Below are positions 9,019 to 19,069 of a stretch of 51,095 bases of DNA, piece after piece (the first letter of the stretch is position 1; every line of letters begins with the position of its first letter). The DNA is from Gammaproteobacteria bacterium (GTDB lineage: Bacteria > Pseudomonadota > Gammaproteobacteria > Burkholderiales > SG8-39), in NCBI GenBank assembly GCA_041490545.1, contig JBGPTG010000001.1, forward strand, positions 1 to 51,095. Reading direction: 5' to 3'. The notes below the pieces were generated by a model that was given only the letters and a program-made list of their open reading frames with translations, made no database searches and was not told the origin of the DNA. The translations under genes and the position numbers were made by a program.

Positions 9019-10257
9019 TCACACCCTGACCAGAATGGGTTTTTTCCGGTACGTCCACCATCGCCATAGCCACTCCACTGGCCCGTAATGAAAACGGTGC
9101 ATCCACCATTGGCTGAAAGCAACCTGACCGAAAAACAACACTGTGGAAAGGGCCACGCACCCCGCAACACCTACGCGACCCATCAGTCCCAGGCCGAAGC
9201 CGAAAAACAGCAGATAGTTGCATACGGTCTGCAGCAGATAGCTGGTCAACGCCATCTGTCCTATGGGAACCAATCCTGCAAGCACTCGCTGCATCCCCGG
9301 CACCTGCCACATGAGAGCAAACGCCGCGACATAGCCCGCAGTCATCGACGCCACACCGAACGAATCGCAGATATGTCCGGCCAATTGGGACAATGCAACA
9401 TTCGTTACCCAGCCCGCAGAATTGAGCCACCAGACGAGAACCTGGTCGTGCTGCGCAGCGAATCCAATGAGTATGCCGCAGACAGCTACCACCCAGAACC
9501 CTCGAATATAGGTATGCGGCTCCTCAAGATAACGGCCGCGCGCCACCACCACGCCGACCATGAATCGACCTAATGCGTGAAAGATCGCCGCGATCAGGGC
9601 ACCAGAAACAATATATGGAAGACAGTCTTGGCGCAATTGCGTACCAATAACCTCGAAGTAGCTACCGTGAAGAAATACATCCAATCGCCCCGCTAATAGC
9701 TGATCACTTTGGTATCCGACACGATCCGTGCCGGTTTCGAACAACATGTGAAGCCGCCCGAGCAGCGGGCGCGCCAAGACCGCCACCGGGAGACCGACTG
9801 CAAGCAGAACACCAGTGCGCCAGCGAAACACGAGCAGCAGGAGAAAACCCGCCAACGCGTAGGCATGCAGGATTTCACCCGACCACACGCCAAGCCAATG
9901 CACCAGGCCGATCGCGAGTAGTCCAGCCAGGCGACGCGAATAGATGCGGGATGCGCCGGCTGTCCTCGCTTCCAGTCTGCCCATCTGCATGGCAAAACCG
10001 ACGCCAAAGAGAAAGGCAAATATGCCAATAGACTTCGCGTACACCAGCATGTCCACCGCGTCGTCGGCGACTCGATCGATCTTCGCGGTCGGCAGGTTGG
10101 CAAACTGCTCTTCCGTCACCGAGTTATCATGACCCGCGAACCAAAGCATGTTTACCAGCAGAACTCCGAACAGTGCGGCACCCCTCAGCGCATCCAACAA
10201 CGGCACTCGACGCGAGGGGTCGAGCGCACCGGGGGTGGCATCAGTATCGTGAGCCAT
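9019..10257 (-). CDS. DUF418/YeiB-like polytopic membrane protein
   Basis: LDALRGAALFGVLLVNM at the N-terminus. C-terminal GRMALTSYLLQT..HYGPVEWLWRWWTY matches my recollection of E. coli YeiB (RMALTNYLLQT..QGPVEWLWRQLT). Confidence 0.8.
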   Translation of the reverse strand: MAHDTDATPGALDPSRRVPLLDALRGAALFGVLLVNMLWFAGHDNSVTEEQFANLPTAKIDRVADDAVDMLVYAKSIGIFAFLFGVGFAMQMGRLEARTAGASRIYSRRLAGLLAIGLVHWLGVWSGEILHAYALAGFLLLLVFRWRTGVLLAVGLPVAVLARPLLGRLHMLFETGTDRVGYQSDQLLAGRLDVFLHGSYFEVIGTQLRQDCLPYIVSGALIAAIFHALGRFMVGVVVARGRYLEEPHTYIRGFWVVAVCGILIGFAAQHDQVLVWWLNSAGWVTNVALSQLAGHICDSFGVASMTAGYVAAFALMWQVPGMQRVLAGLVPIGQMALTSYLLQTVCNYLLFFGFGLGLMGRVGVAGCVALSTVLFFGQVAFSQWWMHRFHYGPVEWLWRWWTYRKKPILVRV

Positions 10258-10330
10258 TACAACCGGGTCGCCCCGTCAGCACGATGAGTTTTCGCATCCG
10301 TCGCGCTGGATCGAGGCTTCTGCTGAAACC

Positions 10331-11860
10331 TCATTCTGGATGTCGCAACCACTTTCTTATTGCTGACCCGGCTTGCTTCTTCTCCGTGGGTGTCAGACAC
10401 AAGACGATCGCGCTCGCCGCCACCAATGGCAGCGTCAGCATTACTTGCATGAAGAAGATGGCCAGATTCTTGGCCGGAAGAAGATGCTCCAACAAGACGT
10501 TTACCAGCGCGAAGGGTACGCACGCGACCGTCGGCGACAGCCAGGCATTGCGATAGAAGAGGTTCGCAGGAACTCCGGTCGTTTTCGAGAGGCAGCGCGG
10601 AAAGTATGCCAAACTCATCAACACGCTTGGAATCAGCGTACCCAACGCCACCCCTGCCAATCCAAAGGGTTTCACCAGTGCAACGCTCAGTGCGACGTTG
10701 CATACAGCCTCAAACCCAAGAGCGGGGACAAGGAGGCGATGCTTGTTCACCCCCATGATCGACGCTGCCGCGACAAATCGCGCCCCTCCCAGCCAAACTA
10801 CGAACGCGAGAAGGCGGAGAACCTCTCCGGATGCCGGCCCGTATTCGGTTCCCATCCAAAGATTGATGAAAGATTCGCCGCGAAACCAGAAGATGGCGGC
10901 TATTGGCGCGGTGGCGAGGGTCGCAATTCTGGCCGTCCCCAGAATCTCGTCCACCACACCGGTGCTGCCTACAGAAGTCAGGGCACTGACACGCGGGGTC
11001 ATCATCTTTGATAATGCCCCGGCCACTTTGTATGCATAGTCAGCAAGGTTGCCGGCTATGACGAAATAGGTCACCGCCCCGATCGGAAGGAACGCCGCGA
11101 TTACCAGGGCGTCGCTGTAGTAGACCAATACGCCGAAAATATGAATCAAACTCAGATACATGCTGAACGACAAGATCGTTCGAATGTGCGGCAGCAATGG
11201 GATGCGAAAGCGAAGTCGCAAATCCGGGTACAACTTCTTCGCCATAACCCAAGCGGCGGCACCGTAGAGGACCGAAGCTGCCAAATGAATGTACGCTAGC
11301 GCAACGAGACCATATCCTTCTTGAAGCGCGAGTACGATTGCAACCGTTCGTATGGTAGTGACGACGATCTCGACCCCGCTGCTGATGTCGAACCTTTCGA
11401 GTCCTGTAACGACGCCTCCAAACACCGCTGAAATCAAAGTTACGGCGACCGTGAGACCACCGAGGATGAGAACAATTTTAGAGTCGATGATCAGCGGTTC
11501 AGGAATATTGAAGAAAGTGGGCAAGAGAAACGCGACGGCCACCGACAAGAGTATCGCCAAGACACCGAGCAACCCGAAAAGTACCATCCCCGCGGAAACA
11601 ATCGACGAGGATCCTTCGTTGTCACCTACCGCATGATGGCGCGCGACGTAGCGGGTCACGGCCCCTCGAACACCAAAGTCCAGCAGGCCGAGATAGCCGA
11701 CCACTGACACAAGCAGTGACCAGACGCCATACGCGTTAGTGCCAAGATGGCGAACGACGAAGGGGGACAGGAAAAAAGCGACTGCCGAAACAAAGACGAG
11801 CGCAATCCAGTTCGCGGCTACATTTCGCGCAATGCCTGAAGGACGATTTGCAGTGGTCAT
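10331..11860 (-). CDS. Wzx-type oligosaccharide flippase (polysaccharide biosynthesis protein family)
   Basis: 509 aa and multi-TM. The N-terminus NVAANWIALVFVSAVAFFLSPFVVRHLGTNAYGVWSLLVSVVGYLGLLDFG is typical of the MOP/Wzx family. Confidence 0.8.
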   Translation of the reverse strand: MTTANRPSGIARNVAANWIALVFVSAVAFFLSPFVVRHLGTNAYGVWSLLVSVVGYLGLLDFGVRGAVTRYVARHHAVGDNEGSSSIVSAGMVLFGLLGVLAILLSVAVAFLLPTFFNIPEPLIIDSKIVLILGGLTVAVTLISAVFGGVVTGLERFDISSGVEIVVTTIRTVAIVLALQEGYGLVALAYIHLAASVLYGAAAWVMAKKLYPDLRLRFRIPLLPHIRTILSFSMYLSLIHIFGVLVYYSDALVIAAFLPIGAVTYFVIAGNLADYAYKVAGALSKMMTPRVSALTSVGSTGVVDEILGTARIATLATAPIAAIFWFRGESFINLWMGTEYGPASGEVLRLLAFVVWLGGARFVAAASIMGVNKHRLLVPALGFEAVCNVALSVALVKPFGLAGVALGTLIPSVLMSLAYFPRCLSKTTGVPANLFYRNAWLSPTVACVPFALVNVLLEHLLPAKNLAIFFMQVMLTLPLVAASAIVLCLTPTEKKQAGSAIRKWLRHPE

Positions 11861-11966
11861 GAAGGGGAAATGGTTCTAGCCTGTCGGAACGGCCAACGGT
11901 AGCCATCGAGAACTGCAAGGGTCACGGTTACACCTGAAAAGATCGCCCATCCAATCCCAAAGAACC

Positions 11967-13259
11967 TCACGCGCGCTTCCGCGCCTCGACCGCATCCGCG
12001 CGACTGCGAATTGCGGGCGCAACGGTATCGCCAAGCAAATCGTAGGTCGACCCAAGCAAGCTGCGATACGCTGCACACCGTTCGGCGATGCGATCCCTCA
12101 GCTCCGAGCCGTGTGCCAACGCGCGTTTGACAATCGTTGTGACGACATCGGCGTCAGCACCGCCAAGGTCAATGCAATACTCCGACAGATGCATATCGCT
12201 CATCAACTGCTTGCCCTTGCGCGAATACGCGATTTCCACCACAGGAGTGCCCGCAACGAGCGCCAGAATCGCCGCGTGCAGCCGCGAGGCAATGACCAAC
12301 TGTGCGGAGGACGTGACTCGTAGAAAATCATCGACAGTCACAATCGTTTCGTATGTGCATCGTGTCGCCGCCTCCGCCGTCATCTTTCGCCGAACACGCT
12401 GGACGATTCGCGGATCCATTCGGGTCTGCGAACAGGCAAAGCAGACGGCGAGCCCGGCCTCGAGCAATCGCTCGGCAACGGCAGCGAGCAAACCCAGATA
12501 CGCCTCGTACTCCGCGCCTTCGGCGCCGGACCAGGCGCTGCGCGCAATAGGGCTGATAACGACATAAGGCGTGTCCTTCCGGCCAATGGCCAGAGGCAGC
12601 GCGCGCAGACCAAAGGCCGGATCCGGGCAGACGATGCTTGGCGCTTTAAGGCCCATGGACTGCAAAGCATCGAGCGAACCGGAATCACGAAACGCACGGA
12701 ATCGAGCCATACGCAGAGCTAGAACGGAGAACCAAGCGCCCAGACGCGTCGCAAGTTCGTCCAGACCGACGCCCATAAACGCGACTGGTACGCGGTGACG
12801 CCGCGCACTGGCGCTCCATAGCAGCAGCCGAAATGGCTGCGCCCAAGGTCCACCCCAATAGTCGTCAATCTGCCCGCCGCCGGAAACGATCAACAGGTCG
12901 AGCGAAGCGGCGATGCGATCAATGGTGCACAGTCTCGCGAGCGGTTCTGGCAACCAGCGCGAAGCACCAGCGCTAGACCTAGTTAGTGAAATGCCCGGAG
13001 AAAAGGATTCACGGCTATTTTCAGGTTCCACCAATGGGCCGTTGCCGGACGATTCCACGGCCGCAATGCCGTGGGTCCGGACCGTGTCGTGCGGATTGGA
13101 ACAGATACCTAGAAACTTGATTGGACCAAAACGCTCTTGCAGTGCCTGCATGACCGCCATCTGAATCGAGGTGTCTCCGAGGTTTTGGCTCTGGTACATT
13201 CCGAGCAGGCCAATGCGCAGCGGGCATGCGCCCGATGGACGCAAGGAATGGGGCGACAT
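11967..13259 (-). CDS. Polysaccharide pyruvyl transferase family protein
   Basis: IGLLGMYQSQNLGDTSIQ near the N-terminus and SRLHAAILALVAGTPVVEIAYSRKGKQLM near the C-terminus, both typical of the PS_pyruv_trans family. Confidence 0.75.
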   Translation of the reverse strand: MSPHSLRPSGACPLRIGLLGMYQSQNLGDTSIQMAVMQALQERFGPIKFLGICSNPHDTVRTHGIAAVESSGNGPLVEPENSRESFSPGISLTRSSAGASRWLPEPLARLCTIDRIAASLDLLIVSGGGQIDDYWGGPWAQPFRLLLWSASARRHRVPVAFMGVGLDELATRLGAWFSVLALRMARFRAFRDSGSLDALQSMGLKAPSIVCPDPAFGLRALPLAIGRKDTPYVVISPIARSAWSGAEGAEYEAYLGLLAAVAERLLEAGLAVCFACSQTRMDPRIVQRVRRKMTAEAATRCTYETIVTVDDFLRVTSSAQLVIASRLHAAILALVAGTPVVEIAYSRKGKQLMSDMHLSEYCIDLGGADADVVTTIVKRALAHGSELRDRIAERCAAYRSLLGSTYDLLGDTVAPAIRSRADAVEARKRA

Positions 13260-13283
13260 CGCGTTGATTCGGTGCGCTGAGGA

Positions 13284-14243
13284 CTAGGCGTCGCGCGCCC
13301 GCGTCGTGGCTTCGGAACGGACCAGCGAACACACTTCGCTCCAGAGCTTCGAACGGTCCCAGCGCGCATGGCGCACCGAGTGGCCCCAAGCACGCAGTCT
13401 CTCTCTCAGAGGAATGGGCGCCCGGGCGACACCGACGAAATGATCCCAATGAAAGCGCGCAAGCACGAGTTTCATCGGCGCACGTGCCTCTGGATTGAAG
13501 ATACGCTGCAGGTCGGCCGGACTGCGCATCGCCGTGATCGTGCCTGGACTCTGTCTACGGTAAAGCAGAACATCTGGCAGGAGCAGGAAACGGCCATACA
13601 GGGCGAGTTCGGCCATCAAGGCTATGTCGCCATTGGGGTATGGACGGTCCAGCCCCGTCCGGCGCAGCACCGCGCTGCGGATGACGCCTTGCTGCGCATT
13701 ATTCATTGAAAGTTCTCTTCGAACTCGCTCGAATCGGTCGCTGGCGCGGGCATCGGAGACGTCGATGTCCTTTTCATACACACCGATGGCCTCGGCGTTT
13801 TCGTCGATGAGTTGGGTACGGCCGTAGCACAGCACGGCGGTCGGTTCGCGCCGCATCGCGTCAACGCAACGTTCGAGCAGCGTGGGAGCACAGTTGTCAT
13901 TGCCTGAAGCCCACTTGAAGAACTCGCCGCGTGCCTCATGTACCAGCACGTTCCAATTGCGAGGCGCGCCAATGTTGCGTGCTTGGCGGATGTAGCGAAC
14001 GCGCGCATCGCGCCGCACGTACTCCTCGCAGATCGCCCGGGTGTCGTCGGTCGATGCGTTGTCGGATATGATCAACTCGAAGCTGGTCAGAGTCTGATTC
14101 AGCACCGAGTCCAGTGCGGAACGCAGATACCGCGCAGAGTTGTAGACCGGCACGCCGACTGAGACCAGTGGGCACGCGAGCTCCTGGCCTGCGATAACGG
14201 AACTCATTGCCGTTTTCTGTAATACCTCTGACGCGCCATCCAT
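13284..14243 (-). CDS. Glycosyltransferase family 2
   Basis: VSVGVPVYNSARYLRSALDSVLNQTLTSFELIISDNASTDDT. Start set at ATG 14243, which shares its A with the upstream TGA (minus strand reads TGATG). Confidence 0.85.
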   Translation of the reverse strand: MDGASEVLQKTAMSSVIAGQELACPLVSVGVPVYNSARYLRSALDSVLNQTLTSFELIISDNASTDDTRAICEEYVRRDARVRYIRQARNIGAPRNWNVLVHEARGEFFKWASGNDNCAPTLLERCVDAMRREPTAVLCYGRTQLIDENAEAIGVYEKDIDVSDARASDRFERVRRELSMNNAQQGVIRSAVLRRTGLDRPYPNGDIALMAELALYGRFLLLPDVLLYRRQSPGTITAMRSPADLQRIFNPEARAPMKLVLARFHWDHFVGVARAPIPLRERLRAWGHSVRHARWDRSKLWSEVCSLVRSEATTRARDA

Positions 14244-15148
14244 CAGACTAGTGTCAGTTGAATCGCCGGATGGCGCCGCTGCCCGCGCACACAGGCCCAA
14301 TATTCCTCCCCGATGCGATCGAGCACCGGGGACGATTCGGGCATTGTGCGTCCTTCGAGGCGTCGTACTCGACCGAGTTCCGACAAGGTGCCCGCCAGGC
14401 AGGCGGCATCCGCAATCGCGAGTTCAGTACGGTCGATCGGACGGCGCTCGAATGGGATGCCCAAGGAGCCACACAGCGCTTCGACAATGTTAACGGTGAT
14501 GCTCTCGAGGCAGCCTTCGTAAGTCGGAGGCGTCAATACTTTTCCATCTCGCACGATCAATACGCATGACCCGGTGCCTTCGGCGACGCGCCCCCAGGGA
14601 TTGAGCAGGATCATCTCGGTGAATCCTTGTCGCCGGCCCTCGATGCGCGCCAGACGACCGATCTGATAGTTGGCCGCAGACTTGATACGTGCCGGGAGCG
14701 CGGTGTCTGCCGGTCGCTGCCAAGTACTGATACCGAGGTCAACCGGGTCCGGGCGCTTCTTCTCCTGGTGGTACGAGGTGATAACGAGATCGGTGACCGT
14801 GAATTCGCCCCATTGCCCCTCGATCGAGAACAGCGTAGTTCGCAGCCACAGGTCCCGCTCCTTCGTCAAAAGTTTGCGCACTAAGCTCAGACAGGCGTCG
14901 CGAAATTCGTCGTAACTCATGGCGAACGGCAGAAATTGTAACGTGGCTGAACGCACGAGACGATCATAGTGTTCCCGTAGAGCCAGCAGCGCAAACTCAC
15001 CACCATCGTGCCGCCAATAGCCCTTAATGCCTTCGAAAACGCTTATGCCACGAATCAGTGCCTCCGCGCTGACGTGAATTTTGGCGTCGTCCCAAGCGAT
15101 GATGCGTCCACCCATGTAGACGTACGGAGGTTTTTGGAGTTGCGCCAT
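14243..15148 (-). CDS. Class IV (branched-chain / D-amino-acid type) aminotransferase
   Basis: VFEGIKGYW, IKSAANYQ (candidate PLP lysine) and EGTGSCVLIVRDGKVLTPP..CLESITVNIV match the fold-type IV aminotransferase pattern. Confidence 0.8.
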   Translation of the reverse strand: MAQLQKPPYVYMGGRIIAWDDAKIHVSAEALIRGISVFEGIKGYWRHDGGEFALLALREHYDRLVRSATLQFLPFAMSYDEFRDACLSLVRKLLTKERDLWLRTTLFSIEGQWGEFTVTDLVITSYHQEKKRPDPVDLGISTWQRPADTALPARIKSAANYQIGRLARIEGRRQGFTEMILLNPWGRVAEGTGSCVLIVRDGKVLTPPTYEGCLESITVNIVEALCGSLGIPFERRPIDRTELAIADAACLAGTLSELGRVRRLEGRTMPESSPVLDRIGEEYWACVRGQRRHPAIQLTLV

Positions 15149-15255
15149 GATTTGTGCCTAAATAATATTTTTCAAGGAAGTGCATGCGCCCCGAAGCGGG
15201 GGTCGCGGATCGAGTTATCCGACTAGGAAAATTGGGTGTCCGAAGTCGCCCTCCG

Positions 15256-16179
15256 CTATTCGCCGGAGTGATCGTAGACGAGCTTGCCATCGACGACGAC
15301 GTTGTCGTCGTACCGCTTGATCAGATCATCAGGCAACAGCGCTTGGTCCGTGCCACGACGATAGTCGCGCAGCGTGGTCCCGGTGCAGGCTTCGTCCGAC
15401 CGCGGCGCGCCGCGCTTCGCGGCGACATCGCTCATGTGCACGTGGCGGAAATCAATGCTGTAACGCGTCTTGCCCGAGGTGTTGGGCACGCTCGAGTGCA
15501 ACTGCGCTGCGGAGAAGATGATCATCCCCCCGACAGGGCAAATCAGCCGAAGCTGCGGCTCTATTTCCACGGTCTCGGTCGCGCGCGGCAACGGACGCGT
15601 TTCTTCCTTGACCAGGCTCACAACGCTGGCGCCGCGATAGAGCTTGTTCCACTCATAATAGTTGTAGCCCTCCGAATTGTTACGCACGCCGCGGTTCCAG
15701 TAGCCCGGATGAAAGGCCATCGCGTTGTTCGCCTCGAGTTTGTAGACCGGGAACCACCAGTTGATCTGGTTCGACGGGGCCGAGTACCAGGTGTCCCGAT
15801 GCGGGTGCCACGCATAGGCAATGCCGCTCGTCAGGAAATCGTCGCTTGTGGACGAACGCAGTCTTGGCACATCGAAGTAGGAAAGCTGCAGGTCGCAACC
15901 GAACTCGGTCAGGATATTCTCGAGATGGCGCTTGGACTGCGGGTGATGGATGAATTGCGGCTTCAGCTTTCCAAGCAGATCGGCAAACGCCTCGACCGTC
16001 ATGTGATGCTGTGCCGATTCCGGGTTATGCGGAGCGAATGCCGCTTCGACCATCGCCTGCGTGAACTCCACAAACGCAAGCACGCTCTTGCGCGGCGAGT
16101 AGACGAAGATGTCGCCCGCATATACGCGCTCGCGGCGTTCGTCGTCGGTCATGTCCGAGTCGTAGAACACTGTTGTCAT
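15256..16179 (-). CDS. Putative Fe(II)/2-oxoglutarate-dependent oxygenase (PhyH-like cupin); function uncertain
   Basis: WHPHRD (HxD), QLHSS (distal His) and RYSIDFR (2OG-binding Arg) lie in the expected order. Start set at ATG 16179, preceded by AGGAGAGAGCCA. The longer ORF-track N-terminus is Arg/Pro-rich junk that overlaps the 3' end of the upstream PIG-L gene. Confidence 0.55.
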   Translation of the reverse strand: MTTVFYDSDMTDDERRERVYAGDIFVYSPRKSVLAFVEFTQAMVEAAFAPHNPESAQHHMTVEAFADLLGKLKPQFIHHPQSKRHLENILTEFGCDLQLSYFDVPRLRSSTSDDFLTSGIAYAWHPHRDTWYSAPSNQINWWFPVYKLEANNAMAFHPGYWNRGVRNNSEGYNYYEWNKLYRGASVVSLVKEETRPLPRATETVEIEPQLRLICPVGGMIIFSAAQLHSSVPNTSGKTRYSIDFRHVHMSDVAAKRGAPRSDEACTGTTLRDYRRGTDQALLPDDLIKRYDDNVVVDGKLVYDHSGE

Positions 16180-16231
16180 TGGCTCTCTCCTAGGATCCTG
16201 CCGTTGTGGCTTCGGCCTGGCTGACCGGCGC

Positions 16232-16882
16232 TCATACCCGAACCTTGCGGGCGTGGAACGCTTCGGCGTAGCTGTCGGGGGCATTGCACTCGAGCCCGCG
16301 CAGGCGCATCAGCCCCCGAAACGTCTCGTCGTCAAACCAGCTCTTGCCGCGCTGGCTGGCATAGGCGCGGTGAAGATGCCCGCACTTGCGGGTGACAAGG
16401 CTGCGGGGCGCCGGTACATACAGGTTGGGTTGCGCCAGGCCACCGTCGAACTTCGGGATCTCGAACTCCAGGATCAGGTGATCCCGAAACGTATTCCAGG
16501 CCAGCTCGTTGGCGATGCGATGGTCCTGATGTAGGTCGTCGCGTTCATGCGTAAAGATCAGGTCGGGCCGCGGGAGCCGCTTGAGAGTTTCAAAGTAACT
16601 CTTGACCTCACCCCATCGCGCCGGCAGAAAACCATCCTCGAAGGCGGCGATGTGCACGGAACTGCGGCGCGCACCACGGAGGAAAAACCGCGCGCTACGC
16701 CGGGCCTCGGCAGCACGGGTGGGAGTGGAACTGAGGATCACCCAACTGACCGCCAGCGGGCGTTCGCCGGCAAGGCGCATCAAAGTTGCGCCGCATCCAA
16801 TCTCGATGTCGTCACAGTGCGCGCCTATGCACATGACTTCGAGGGTTGTCCGGCTCCTGGCCTTGAATGCGAGATCCAGCAT
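16232..16882 (-). CDS. PIG-L/LmbE family de-N-acetylase
   Basis: VMCIGAHCDDIEIGCGATL (the AHPDDE-type motif) and LHQDHR. Start ATG at 16882, 13 nt after the upstream stop. Confidence 0.8.
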   Translation of the reverse strand: MLDLAFKARSRTTLEVMCIGAHCDDIEIGCGATLMRLAGERPLAVSWVILSSTPTRAAEARRSARFFLRGARRSSVHIAAFEDGFLPARWGEVKSYFETLKRLPRPDLIFTHERDDLHQDHRIANELAWNTFRDHLILEFEIPKFDGGLAQPNLYVPAPRSLVTRKCGHLHRAYASQRGKSWFDDETFRGLMRLRGLECNAPDSYAEAFHARKVRV

Positions 16883-16895
16883 GAAAACTTTATCG

Positions 16896-17684
16896 TTAAG
16901 AATTCTTGGAGGGCTTCCAGACCATCCACGGACAATTGCCGCGGGATTCCATCCGGTCCAGCGTAATCTTGTCCTTGAACGTATCCATTTGTTGCCAGAA
17001 GCCGCGGTAGCGGTACACGGCGAGTTGCCGCTCTGCAATCAGGCGCTGGAAAGGCTTATCCACCAGTTCATCGCCTTCAGCGATGTACTCGAAGATATCC
17101 CGTCGCAGGCAGAAGAAGCCAGCATTGACCCAGAAGTCGATCTCCTTCATCTGACCAAAGCCGGTGACAATGCCGTTGTCGTCTGACTGCACGCCGTGAA
17201 AACTTTGCGCTGGGGGAACCGCAAGAAAACTCGCGACGACGCTGCGCCGCTGAAAGTCCGCGATACTCTGATCCAACGGCAAGTCCGTCAGCGCATCGGC
17301 ATAGTTGGCGAGAAACATCTGATCGCCGTCGAGATACTGACGCACGCGTAGCAGCCGCTGGCCGATGTTCGAATGCAGACCAGTGTCAACGAAGGTGATG
17401 CGCCAATCGTCCAGGTCACGCGACAACAAATCCACCTTCGTGCCGCTGGCCGACAACACGAAGTCGTTTGACATGCATTCGCTATAGTTAAGGAAGTATT
17501 CGCGGATCAGGTCGCCTCGGTAACCGAGACAGAGGATGAATTCTGTGTGCCCAAAGTGGGCATAGTAACGCATCAGATGCCATACGATCGGGCGGTAGCC
17601 GATATTGACCAGCGGTTTTGGGATCGTGTCCGAATGCTCACGCAATCGAGTGCCGAGACCTCCGCAGAACAGGACCACCTTCAT
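16896..17684 (-). CDS. rfbF: Glucose-1-phosphate cytidylyltransferase
   Basis: MKVVLFCGGLGTRLREHSDTIPKPLVNIGYRPIVWHLMRYYAHFGHTEFILCLGYRGDLIREYF is a classic RfbF/DdhA N-terminus. ATGA overlap with the upstream stop at 17681-17684. Confidence 0.9.
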   Translation of the reverse strand: MKVVLFCGGLGTRLREHSDTIPKPLVNIGYRPIVWHLMRYYAHFGHTEFILCLGYRGDLIREYFLNYSECMSNDFVLSASGTKVDLLSRDLDDWRITFVDTGLHSNIGQRLLRVRQYLDGDQMFLANYADALTDLPLDQSIADFQRRSVVASFLAVPPAQSFHGVQSDDNGIVTGFGQMKEIDFWVNAGFFCLRRDIFEYIAEGDELVDKPFQRLIAERQLAVYRYRGFWQQMDTFKDKITLDRMESRGNCPWMVWKPSKNS

Positions 17685-19069
17685 ATGCGGACTCCAGATT
17701 TCAACTTCGGTTGTTCTTCATCCAGGGTACGCGCTAGCCCTGCGTTCTCGAGCGCCGTGGCCGCGCGTGCCAACAAATTGAAGTCCAAACCAGATCGCTT
17801 GGCGATCGCCAGCAGGTCGTGCTCACCATCGGAAAAACTCAATACCCACAGCAGCGCGTGCTCAAAGGCGTCCGGCGCTGTCCCGCCCACGGTGCCGTAG
17901 AGGCCACGTTTTCCCAGACGTGGCTCTCCTTTAGCGCTGAGATTTTGCAGGCCGCGGTTCTCGTCAAGCACAGCGATTATGCCACCCAAAGCACCGATTG
18001 ACTCAGCGAGACTGGACGGCTGAAGAAGTTCTAGGTTGTCGGCCGATGTGTGGTACTCCGGATATTGTTCGTTCGGAGAGCGCGTAAGGCGTCCAACCGG
18101 CAAATTAAATCCTGGTGAGCAGAACTGGCGTTCGTCATAACCGTAGGGTTCGAAGTCCACGATGCGTGCAGTCGGAGCCAGCCCGCGCAGAACATGTTCG
18201 GCGACTCGATCGGTGACGCAGTCGCCGCGCCGGCTGCGCTTGTATGTCAGTGCACCCGAATCCCCCAGTAGTCCAATGGTGAGACCCGACCGAATCCGTC
18301 CCAAATGTTGTTCGTTGCGAGACAGCCATGCAAGCGAGCCAATCGTCCCCGGCCCAAAAACAAAGCGCCACGTCAGGCGCGGCCGCTCTTTGAGCAGGGC
18401 GCGCGCCAGCGCGACTGCGACTGCGATACCAGTCAAGTTGTCGTTTGCGAGTGAAGGGTGGCAAGTGTGCGTATAGATAATCGCCTCTCCATCCGTGATT
18501 CCAGGGACGACGCATTCTGCATAGGTGAGACTTCCCGGTGCAAGGGTCGAGTCAATGACCACCTCGAAGGGCCCCGGTCCGAGCTGCTCGAGGTCTCGGT
18601 GTCTCAGGCAGAAGCCCCAATGCTCGCGATAGTAGCTGGTTCGATACGGAATCCAGTCCGGCCTGTCCGGTAACGAATACAGATGCGGCTTGAGCTCCTC
18701 CAGCATCATTGATCGGCGGACGGGCACCGAATAGCTGACAACGTGCAAGTTGTGCGCACGAAAATCGACGAACCGATTCCCATCTTTATCGGCGATGTAA
18801 GCGTCACGGATGTTCCACTCGTTCGGAATGTCCCAGTCGAAAACAGCGGTGCCGCTTGGCACCTCTATTCGCTCAAGCGGTATCCATTGCTGCACGAGAT
18901 CAAGTGTCTGACGCACGCCGTCGCCGGTGATGCTGCGACAAATCGGATACATCGCCTGCATCAACGTTGAAATCTCGCGGACACTATCTGCGGCGCCAGC
19001 TACGCTTCGTAGATGATCGTACATTGACTCAGCAGCTGTCGGTGGGTTTGCGGGCGAACACGATCTCAC
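17681..19069 (-). CDS. Aminopeptidase-like DUF2172/DUF4910 protein, a type common in glycan loci
   Basis: MYPICRSITGDGVRQTLDLV..EVPSGTAVFDWDIPNEWNIRDAYI resembles the DUF2172/DUF4910 family. GTG at 19069 overlaps the upstream stop (GTGA); ATG at 19024 is an alternative start. Confidence 0.75.
   Translation of the reverse strand: MRSCSPANPPTAAESMYDHLRSVAGAADSVREISTLMQAMYPICRSITGDGVRQTLDLVQQWIPLERIEVPSGTAVFDWDIPNEWNIRDAYIADKDGNRFVDFRAHNLHVVSYSVPVRRSMMLEELKPHLYSLPDRPDWIPYRTSYYREHWGFCLRHRDLEQLGPGPFEVVIDSTLAPGSLTYAECVVPGITDGEAIIYTHTCHPSLANDNLTGIAVAVALARALLKERPRLTWRFVFGPGTIGSLAWLSRNEQHLGRIRSGLTIGLLGDSGALTYKRSRRGDCVTDRVAEHVLRGLAPTARIVDFEPYGYDERQFCSPGFNLPVGRLTRSPNEQYPEYHTSADNLELLQPSSLAESIGALGGIIAVLDENRGLQNLSAKGEPRLGKRGLYGTVGGTAPDAFEHALLWVLSFSDGEHDLLAIAKRSGLDFNLLARAATALENAGLARTLDEEQPKLKSGVRI

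Noticed and set aside
15149-15255. GC hairpin (CCCCG-CTT-CGGGG on the minus strand) plus an AT-rich tract between the oxygenase-like and aminotransferase genes, as a possible internal terminator or promoter
   Set aside because: The stem is only ~5 bp with no following U-run. The -35/-10-like hexamers would leave no room for a leader. The support is not sufficient to call a feature.
15184-16224. 346-aa plus-strand ORF opposite the PhyH-like gene
   Set aside because: Arg-rich composition with no motifs. The minus-strand frame carries recognisable oxygenase motifs, an RBS and an operon context.
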